A stretch of DNA of 11,693 bases from a bacterium (lineage in GTDB: Bacteria; Hinthialibacterota; Hinthialibacteria; Hinthialibacterales; Hinthialibacteraceae): positions 1-11,693 of the forward strand of contig CAXXSM010000011.1 of NCBI GenBank assembly GCA_963663405.2. Reading direction: 5' to 3'. The notes beneath the pieces are model-generated. The model was not told the origin of the DNA. It searched no databases and was given only the letters and a program-made list of their open reading frames with translations. Positions 1 through 7,366 of the stretch are shown here, piece after piece. Each line of letters starts with the position of its first letter. Position 1 is the stretch's first letter. Made by a program: the position numbers and the translations under genes.

Positions 1-128
1 GTGGAGCCTTCTTGAAACTCAACCAAACTGTAGATCGCATACCGGTTGGACGTGGTTGGATCGTCATAGTTTTCTCCCCGGATGTATAAACGTTTCACCA
101 GTAAACGATCTTCCCGCTGGGAATCAAT
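1..128 (-). pseudogene. Out-of-frame continuation of the 95..1909 sulfatase-like gene (runs off the window edge)
   Basis: The -1 frame is open from 128 to the edge: IDSQREDRLLVKRLYIRGENYDDPTTSNRYAIYSLVEFQEGS. It aligns with KQIYIRKEDY..ARYGVYGLWEL (1961..4516 product) and KQIFIRQEEY..IRYGVYCLAEL (4595..7159 product). This frame has an upstream TAA at 131..129. Confidence 0.85.
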
Positions 129-1909
129 TTACGCCCTTCCGGAGTATTGGAAACACTCACAGCATACCGCATATCCTCATCCCCCTCCACATGACATAAA
201 ATCGATGCGGGATTGATCCCCGGTTCCGTTCCAAAAAATGGAACGACAAGAGGGATAGGAGAGAGAATTGTGGATTCTCGTTTCCTCCAAAGAATCGTCA
301 CATCTTTTAACTTCGTAAAATCGGTTGGGAATGGCTCTTCTGCATAGAGAAACGAATATTCAACGACGGTTTTATAATACAGCCGCCCATCATTTTCTTG
401 CGTAGACAGTTCTTTAAGATTAACGCGTTCAATTTTGATATTCTGTTCCCCTGTATCGGAACGGGTAGATTGATAGAGATAATCGATAAGCGTGCCAAAC
501 ATAATGGTTAGACGCTTCTCTTTTTCATGCTGGTGATCATTCGCCTCCACCCATTCATTCCAGTACGGATCCGATGAAACTCTTACAGGGATTGTCACTT
601 CAGATAGTGTGTTTAAAAATAGTACGTCTTCTTGAAGTTTCCTTTCCAACACCTGGTATCGATAAACAGAAGCGCCATCCTTTTCTCCACTTTTTTCATA
701 TAGATTTAACCGCTGGAGCGAAAGATAGTTTTCCATCTCACGGCCCGGCGCTGGGAATTGAAATAATTCCCACGGGCGGTAATTTGGGTTGCAATCAAAA
801 TAGGAGATCAACTTAAGCCCATCCTCACGGGATGCGGTGATACTTTCATAGGTGTCATTCCGCTCATGTCCAGGCAGGTTATGCAGTGTCTCAGATAGGA
901 GCGTGGAACCGGTTTGGAACACAACATCCGCTGTTTCCGGATTCCGCAGCAGATGATACACATATCGCAGATCCGTCATTTTTTCAATCCGTATCCCCTT
1001 TTTCATTTGGGGATACTTGATGAGAAGCGGCACACGGATCAATTCTTCATACACGGATTTCCCATGTCCTCGTATATGATGTCGTTTTCCTAAGTGCTCA
1101 CCGTGGTCGGCTGTGACTATGATGAGAGAATCATCCCAATATCCGAATCCCTTCAACGTATTAAAGAAGATCCCAATCTGTTCATCCACATGCTGAATAC
1201 ATCCATCGTATTGGTTCATCATAAACTCACTCAGATTGTGTGCCGAACCATTTGGATCCCACACATAGGCTGGATTCAGGGGTTCATGCGTGTCCATGAA
1301 ATGAAGATATAAAAAAGAAGGAGACGCCGCCGAACGCAGATAGTCCGCCGCATCCCGAATCAGATTCTTGGCGTCTTTCCGCTTCAATCTTGTTTTCCCT
1401 TCGTCTTCACCGATGTATGACGTCACAAGTGGATCAAATCCGAGTGGGAGATAGGAATGGGAAGAGACAATTGGATTGGCGATAAATCCAGCGCAAGTGA
1501 CACCATCCTCTCGCAGAGATTCCGCCAGCGTAAGACGTTCCGGCCGTACTAAGCCATCTTTTCGCGCCTCTTCCAATTCACGGAGAATCAAACGTGGAGC
1601 CACACCAGTGAACAGTGAAAGCATCGTTGGTAAAGTCCACGATCCAGGAGCGATACACCGGTCGAACACACTCGCGGTCTGTCCAAAAGCGCTAAGAGAA
1701 GGCGATGTCTCCCGTTCGCAGTTATATACGGAAAGCCTGTCGGTCCGTAACGCGTCAATCAATAGTAATATCGTCAAAGGTGGATAGGAAAATTCCCGCT
1801 GGCCACATCCATGAGGAAGCAGCAACAAAGGAGCGGCTCCTCCAAGGGCTTTCAGCAAGCGGCGCCGGGATGGATTTTTAGGATCTTGTTTTTTGGATTT
1901 ATAAGACAT
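95..1909 (-). CDS. Sulfatase-like hydrolase/transferase (alkaline phosphatase superfamily), putative Tat lipoprotein, paralog A; truncated by a frameshift
   Basis: Signal SRRRLLK...LLLLPHGC35. Core motifs IDALRTD, WTLPTMLSLFTG, HFMDTHEP, YDGCI, TADHGE and GHG...RVPLLIK. 604 aa versus ~850 aa for its paralogs, and it lacks the LRALGYIN tail. Confidence 0.85.
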   Translation of the reverse strand: MSYKSKKQDPKNPSRRRLLKALGGAAPLLLLPHGCGQREFSYPPLTILLLIDALRTDRLSVYNCERETSPSLSAFGQTASVFDRCIAPGSWTLPTMLSLFTGVAPRLILRELEEARKDGLVRPERLTLAESLREDGVTCAGFIANPIVSSHSYLPLGFDPLVTSYIGEDEGKTRLKRKDAKNLIRDAADYLRSAASPSFLYLHFMDTHEPLNPAYVWDPNGSAHNLSEFMMNQYDGCIQHVDEQIGIFFNTLKGFGYWDDSLIIVTADHGEHLGKRHHIRGHGKSVYEELIRVPLLIKYPQMKKGIRIEKMTDLRYVYHLLRNPETADVVFQTGSTLLSETLHNLPGHERNDTYESITASREDGLKLISYFDCNPNYRPWELFQFPAPGREMENYLSLQRLNLYEKSGEKDGASVYRYQVLERKLQEDVLFLNTLSEVTIPVRVSSDPYWNEWVEANDHQHEKEKRLTIMFGTLIDYLYQSTRSDTGEQNIKIERVNLKELSTQENDGRLYYKTVVEYSFLYAEEPFPTDFTKLKDVTILWRKRESTILSPIPLVVPFFGTEPGINPASILCHVEGDEDMRYAVSVSNTPEGRKLIPSGKIVYW

Positions 1910-1910
1910 C

Positions 1911-1920
1911 GAACCTCTCG
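1911..1920 (-). promoter_or_regulatory. Ribosome-binding site of paralog A
   Basis: Minus-strand CGAGAGGTTC-g-ATG. The identical 10-mer precedes paralog B (4518..4527). Confidence 0.6.
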
Positions 1921-1960
1921 ATACTTTAAGGATTCCCCTTATTATTCACTTCTTAACAAG

Positions 1961-4516
1961 CTAATTGATATATCCTAGCGCTCGCAGGGTTTCATCGCTG
2001 ACTCCATCTAGCTGATCCAGTGGATTCCCCACTTCACCGGTTTCATCTATGTACGCGTCGATCTGGGACAACAAAGTAACGAAAGCTACACGATCCGTTT
2101 CATTTAAGGAAGGAATCATTTTCTCAATCATGGCCCGGTTCAATGCGGTAACAAGTTCCTTTCGCTGGATTTCTATTTCCGCAGGAAAAAACCATGAAGA
2201 AGTCTTTGTAGAATTTCCATTGATATGACCAATCAAATGATGAGAGGAATTCAACTGTAAAGGTAGAAACTTGATTCCCTGCTTGGAGCAGATTAACTTC
2301 CATTTTGAAAACGGATACACATTGTTTTGCGCACAGACCACATTGAGTTGATATATCCACTCATTCGATGACTCGTCAAAGAGAACATCTTGAATCTCAA
2401 AACCAACCAATTGCTGATGATCTTTTAGCGAGTTTTGAATCATTGAATGTAACAACGTCATATCAAGAGAATAATAATAATTGACGAGAAATCGAGGAAT
2501 TCTCAGTCTAGCGGATTGAAACATTCGAAGCGCGTCGCCCGTAAAACCATAATCCAAATAATAGAGACGGCCATAAGAAGGAACGATATTAGTAAATTCA
2601 AGATCCTTCTGAGCCAGCTCCCATAGACCATATACTCCATAACGAGCTTTTTCCAATTCCTTGGTTTCAGAATAATCTTCTTTTCGGATATAAATCTGCT
2701 TTAGTAAAGAATCTCCATCTTGGAATCCCCATAGTTTTTTCCATTTGGGAACTTGAAAGAGATCCAGCGCCGCCATTCCGTCAAACCGCCCACAAGAGAG
2801 GCAAAGCATGGGAGTGAGAGCAATACTCGAACCGGTTAAAAAAAACGGGGAAATTAACGGGCGTTCAAACGTAAAAGAGACATTTCCCTTTTGCCGAAAG
2901 GCTTTAAAATTCATTGTTTCTTCAAGATTGGTGGGTAAAGGCTGATCCGATACTAAAACTGAATACTCTACAGTATGCTGATAAAGGAATTCCCCATCCA
3001 CTTTATTGACAGAGAGAGCCGTCAAATCAATGGTTTCAAGTTTGATGGTTTTTTCCTTTACATTCTTCCGGAAATATTCATATAACTGATCCGCTAGCGC
3101 TCCATACATAAAAAGACAGTTCTTCCCTTTGGTTCCGGTAAGTTGGTTTACATCAACAAGCGTATTCCACTCGGGATCGATCAGCGATTCCACAGGAAAA
3201 GAAAAACTGGGAAGGTATTCAACGATGACAGTCTCTTGCTCCTGCCTGCGTTCCATCACTTTGCATTGATACACAGGTGGTTCATTTTGGCCATTCGATT
3301 TCTCATAAAAAGCCAACCGCCAGCGCGCGAATACATCGTGAACGTTCTGCCCTGGCGCGGGGGATTTAAACAGCTCCCACGGCCGGCCATTTGGATTACA
3401 CTCAAAATAGGAGATCAACTTGAGTCCATCCTCGCGGGACGCGGCGATACTTTCATAGGTATCGTTCCGCTCGTGCCCCGGTAGGTTATGCAGTGTCTCG
3501 GAGAGGAGCGTGGAACTGGTAGGAGATGCGAGATCCGCCGTTTCCGGATTCCGCAGCAAATGATACACATACCGCAGATCCGTCATTTTTTTAATGCGAA
3601 TCCCTTTTTTCATGTGGGGATATTTGATGAGAAGCGGGACGCGGATCAATTCTTCATACACGGATTTCCCATGCCCTCGGATATGATGCCGTTTCCCTAG
3701 ATGTTCGCCGTGATCAGCGGTGACCACGATCAGTGAATCATCCCAATGCCCACTTGTTTTAAGAGCATTAAAGAAAACACCGATCTGGTCATCCACATGA
3801 CGGATACATCCGTCATATTGGTTCATCATAAACTCACTCAGGTTACGGGCCGTTCCTTTAGGATCCCACACATAATCCGGATTCAGGGGTTCATGGGTAT
3901 CCATAAAATGGAGATACAAAAATAAAGGATACGGCGCGGCGCGTAGATACTCCACCGCATCTTGTACCAGATTCACCGCATCTTTCCGCTGCAATCTAGC
4001 GTCCCCTTCGTCTTCACCAACGTAAGTAGTAACAAAAGGATTGAAACCAAGCGGGAGATAGGAATGATTAGCGACAATCGGATTGGAGACAAATCCAGCG
4101 CATGTGATTCCATCATCTTGCAGAGATTCCGCCAATGTTGGACATTCCGGACGGACCAGACTTTCTTGTTGAGCCTCATCCAACTTCCGGAGAATCACAC
4201 GTGGCGTCATGTCGGTAAACAGCGACAACATCGTTGGCAAAGTCCATGAAGCGGGAGAGACACACCAATCAAACACACTCGCCGTCTGTCCAAATGCGCG
4301 GAGAGAAGGCGATGTCTCCCGTTCGCAGCCGTATACGGAAAGCCGGTCAGTCCGCAGCGTATCAATCACAAGCAATACGATCAATGGGGGATGAGCGGTC
4401 TTCGACCGCCCACATCCGCTCGGAAGCATCAGCAAAGGAGCGGCCCCTCCTAAAACTTTGAGTATACGGCGCCGGGTTGGATTAACCGGATTTTCTTTTT
4501 TAGATATGTAGGACAT
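1961..4516 (-). CDS. Sulfatase-like hydrolase/transferase, putative Tat lipoprotein, paralog B
   Basis: 851 aa. Signal TRRRILK...LMLPSGC35. Motifs IDTLRTD, WTLPTMLSLFT, HFMDTHEP, TADHGE, GHGKSVYEELIRVPL, and C-terminal DETLRALGYIN. Confidence 0.9.
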   Translation of the reverse strand: MSYISKKENPVNPTRRRILKVLGGAAPLLMLPSGCGRSKTAHPPLIVLLVIDTLRTDRLSVYGCERETSPSLRAFGQTASVFDWCVSPASWTLPTMLSLFTDMTPRVILRKLDEAQQESLVRPECPTLAESLQDDGITCAGFVSNPIVANHSYLPLGFNPFVTTYVGEDEGDARLQRKDAVNLVQDAVEYLRAAPYPLFLYLHFMDTHEPLNPDYVWDPKGTARNLSEFMMNQYDGCIRHVDDQIGVFFNALKTSGHWDDSLIVVTADHGEHLGKRHHIRGHGKSVYEELIRVPLLIKYPHMKKGIRIKKMTDLRYVYHLLRNPETADLASPTSSTLLSETLHNLPGHERNDTYESIAASREDGLKLISYFECNPNGRPWELFKSPAPGQNVHDVFARWRLAFYEKSNGQNEPPVYQCKVMERRQEQETVIVEYLPSFSFPVESLIDPEWNTLVDVNQLTGTKGKNCLFMYGALADQLYEYFRKNVKEKTIKLETIDLTALSVNKVDGEFLYQHTVEYSVLVSDQPLPTNLEETMNFKAFRQKGNVSFTFERPLISPFFLTGSSIALTPMLCLSCGRFDGMAALDLFQVPKWKKLWGFQDGDSLLKQIYIRKEDYSETKELEKARYGVYGLWELAQKDLEFTNIVPSYGRLYYLDYGFTGDALRMFQSARLRIPRFLVNYYYSLDMTLLHSMIQNSLKDHQQLVGFEIQDVLFDESSNEWIYQLNVVCAQNNVYPFSKWKLICSKQGIKFLPLQLNSSHHLIGHINGNSTKTSSWFFPAEIEIQRKELVTALNRAMIEKMIPSLNETDRVAFVTLLSQIDAYIDETGEVGNPLDQLDGVSDETLRALGYIN

Positions 4517-4517
4517 T

Positions 4518-4527
4518 GAACCTCTCG
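4518..4527 (-). promoter_or_regulatory. Ribosome-binding site of paralog B
   Basis: Minus-strand CGAGAGGTTC-a-ATG, identical to 1911..1920. Confidence 0.6.
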
Positions 4528-4594
4528 TTGACTTCTTTTACGATTTGGATTTTCTCTAAATCCCAAAGCGTTTCTTAAAACAGTTTTTATAAAA

Positions 4595-7159
4595 CTAATT
4601 GATATATCCTAATGCGCGCAGTGTCTCATCACTAACTCCTTCCAACTGATCCAACGGATTCCCCACCTCACCGGTTTCTTCTAAATACGTGTCAATCCGC
4701 TGCGCAAGTTCTTTCACGGCCCGGCTCCGTTCTGGATCGAGTGTCGCGATCAAACTCTTTTGAAGTTCGCCGTTTAACGCGGTTACCACTCTCTTCCGGT
4801 TGATCTCTTTTTGGGCCGGCCTCATCCAATCGCTCTGTCCGTGGTCGAGTCCATCAACATTCCCGATAAGGGGCATTTTTGATTGGACTGTCATCATAGA
4901 AAAACGCATATTGGCAGCGGAGGATTGGTAGTTTTTCCATGAAAACGGGAAAACCGGTCCATCTGCGAACAGCACATTAACGATGTATTTCCAAATCCGC
5001 GATACTGGATCCCATTCAACGGACATAATGGAAAAACCGCCAACAGATTGTTTATTGTTCGTAGCTTGATCCCGTATCAATTCTTCTAATAATTTCATAT
5101 CGAGGCTGTGATAGTATTCTTTTAAATACCGGGGAATAAAAAACCGACAAGATTTAATTAAAAGAGGAATTTCTCCATACACACCGGTATCGATATAATT
5201 CAAACTGCTGGACGCCTCTTCCTGATTCGTAGGTGTCTCCTTATCCTCATGAAGTTCCGCTAAACAATATACACCATACCGTATTTGATCCGTTTCACTT
5301 TCCGCATATTCTTCCTGTCGAATAAAAATCTGTTTGATTTGGATCGAGATATTTTGACTCTCAAAAAATTCCTGACCCAACGGTGTATTTCCAACAAATT
5401 CTGCGTATCGCATATCCTCCTTTCCCGCGGTGTAGCAGAAATGTGACGCGGGATGAAAACCTCCCCCTACAATATTGTACAAATAAAACAAAGGTTCATA
5501 TGATTGAAGTATGATCCGATTTGTTATTCGTTTTAACGAAAATTCCCCAAGACGATCGGTATCCTCTGGAAAAGGAATTGTAGACGCTAGGAATGTATAC
5601 TCTACTATGTATTTATAGACAGTTCGTTCGTTCCGCCAATCGATTCCGAAATCAAGCAGATGAATTGTCTCCATTTTAATATGTTCCCACTTGGTTTTTG
5701 AACGAGTCTCTTGGTAGAGATGATCCGCCAATGGACCAAAGAAAACCAACCGGTTCTTGTCATTCATATCCGGAGTGTTATTCACTTCGGTCATTGTATT
5801 CCAACTTGGATCGGAGTGAATTGGTACGGTGAATTGAAAATCTCGCAAAGATTTCAATAGCAGTTGTGAGTCTTTTTTCTCCCGCTCGATAATGTTACAT
5901 CGATAGATGGAGGATTGTTTATCGCTGGAAATTTTCTCGTAGGCGGCAAGTCTCCATCGTCCTAAAATATCATCCGCCTTACGGCCAGGCTCTGGAGATT
6001 GAAACAATTCAAGGGGACGGTAATCCGGACTCGTATCAAAGTAGGAGATCAGTTTTAAACCATCCTTCTGACTCGCTGAAATGCTTTCATAGGTGTCATT
6101 CCTTTCATGACCGGGCAGATTATGCAGCGTTTCAGATAAAATCACTGATTCGGATTGATACGAGTTCGACGCGCGTTCAGGATCGTTCAACAAGTGATAG
6201 ACAAAGCGCAGATCCGTCATCTGTTGGATGCGTTTCCCCTTGTTTTGTCCTGGATGTTTAATAAAAAGAGGAACACGAATCAATTCTTCATAAACGGATT
6301 TTCCATGTCCACGAATCCGGCGCCGCTTCCCCAAATGTTCGCCATGATCAGCGGTAGCGACAATCATAATATCATCCCAAAATCCAAATCCTTTTAACGT
6401 TTCGAAAAAAATCCCAATTTGTTTATCAACGTGACGTATACATCCATCGTATTGGTTTTTCAGAAATTCATATAAATCCCCCGCCTTGCCTTCTGGATCC
6501 CAAACGTAATCCGGATTTAAAGGCTCGTGCGTATCCATCAAGTGAAGGTAGAGGAACAAGGGAAACGAGGCCGCTCGCAGATACTGCGCCGCATCACGGA
6601 ATACATTCACAGCGTCTTTCCGTTTAAGTTTAGATTCTCCTTCATCATCCCTGACATACTCCGTTTCGAATAGTTTGAATCCAAGCGGTAAAAAGGGATG
6701 ACCCGACACGATTGGATTTGTCACAAATCCAGCGCTGGTAATCCCTTTTTTACGAAGATTTTCGGCTAATGTTAAACGATCCGGTCTAGACATATCAACC
6801 GTTTCGGCTTGTTCAACCTCCCTGACGATCACGCGGGCGGGCGCGCCAGTAAAGAGAGAGAGCATAGTGGGCAACGTCCACGAACTCGGCGCCACACACC
6901 AGTCATATACATCCGCTGTCTGACCAAACGTCCGCAACGCCGGCGTCGTATCACGGGAATAGCCATATGCGGAAAGGTTATCCGTCCGCAATGTGTCGAT
7001 AACGAGTAAAACCATGAGTGGAGGATGAGAACGAGAACGATTAGACCGGCCGCAACTTTGAGAAAGCAGCAACGCCGGCGCCGACGCGCCAAGAGTTTGT
7101 AAAAACCGGCGCCGGGAAGACGAAGAATGCCGGTCCATTGTTTTAGAATTTTCTATCAT
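4595..7159 (-). CDS. Sulfatase-like hydrolase/transferase, putative Tat lipoprotein, paralog C
   Basis: 854 aa. Signal SRRRFLQ...LLLSQSC36. Motifs IDTLRTD, WTLPTMLSLFTG, HLMDTHEP, TADHGE, and C-terminal DETLRALGYIN. An alternative start at Met8 is possible. Confidence 0.9.
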   Translation of the reverse strand: MIENSKTMDRHSSSSRRRFLQTLGASAPALLLSQSCGRSNRSRSHPPLMVLLVIDTLRTDNLSAYGYSRDTTPALRTFGQTADVYDWCVAPSSWTLPTMLSLFTGAPARVIVREVEQAETVDMSRPDRLTLAENLRKKGITSAGFVTNPIVSGHPFLPLGFKLFETEYVRDDEGESKLKRKDAVNVFRDAAQYLRAASFPLFLYLHLMDTHEPLNPDYVWDPEGKAGDLYEFLKNQYDGCIRHVDKQIGIFFETLKGFGFWDDIMIVATADHGEHLGKRRRIRGHGKSVYEELIRVPLFIKHPGQNKGKRIQQMTDLRFVYHLLNDPERASNSYQSESVILSETLHNLPGHERNDTYESISASQKDGLKLISYFDTSPDYRPLELFQSPEPGRKADDILGRWRLAAYEKISSDKQSSIYRCNIIEREKKDSQLLLKSLRDFQFTVPIHSDPSWNTMTEVNNTPDMNDKNRLVFFGPLADHLYQETRSKTKWEHIKMETIHLLDFGIDWRNERTVYKYIVEYTFLASTIPFPEDTDRLGEFSLKRITNRIILQSYEPLFYLYNIVGGGFHPASHFCYTAGKEDMRYAEFVGNTPLGQEFFESQNISIQIKQIFIRQEEYAESETDQIRYGVYCLAELHEDKETPTNQEEASSSLNYIDTGVYGEIPLLIKSCRFFIPRYLKEYYHSLDMKLLEELIRDQATNNKQSVGGFSIMSVEWDPVSRIWKYIVNVLFADGPVFPFSWKNYQSSAANMRFSMMTVQSKMPLIGNVDGLDHGQSDWMRPAQKEINRKRVVTALNGELQKSLIATLDPERSRAVKELAQRIDTYLEETGEVGNPLDQLEGVSDETLRALGYIN

Positions 7160-7366
7160 TATTTTCCCACAAATTCCGGTTTATACCAAAAGATAAAAGA
7201 GATCGCTTGCGATGGAATATAGACGATGGTAAGGAATACTTCACAAACGATTTCAAGCGAATGTCGCCAATTCCATTGTTCTGCTCTGAATGAAAATGTA
7301 AAGAGGGATTGTAAGATTATCTATAGTTTCAGATTGGAAAATGTATAAATCAATATTGCATAATCT

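Noticed and set aside
43-60. Short direct repeat GGTTGGA x2
   Set aside because: Only 7 bp, inside the shifted coding frame, and expected by chance.
97-131. Programmed -1 ribosomal frameshift in paralog A
   Set aside because: No X XXY YYZ heptamer in the correct frame and no evident stimulatory hairpin. A simple 1-nt deletion is more parsimonious.
1476-4394. Antisense ORFs 1476..1787 and 4209..4394 resemble each other (IVGKVH...SNTLAVCP...REGDVSRSQ)
   Set aside because: This is a by-product of paralogy between the sense-strand genes A and B.
4542-4595. Weak hairpins between paralogs C and B as a terminator
   Set aside because: The stems are AT-rich, mismatched on the transcribed strand, and lack a GC stem followed by a U-tract.
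1-7159. Diversity-generating retroelement or invertible shufflon as the cause of the variable inserts
   Set aside because: There is no reverse transcriptase or recombinase, no near-identical template/variable repeat pair and no inverted recombination sites. Paralog differences include many synonymous changes.
7203-7276. Short inverted pairs (TCGCTTG/CAAGCGA, ATGGAAT/ATTCCAT) in the leader of paralog C as a possible riboswitch or sRNA
   Set aside because: Only 7-bp arms that are far apart, with no recognisable RNA family motif or terminator.
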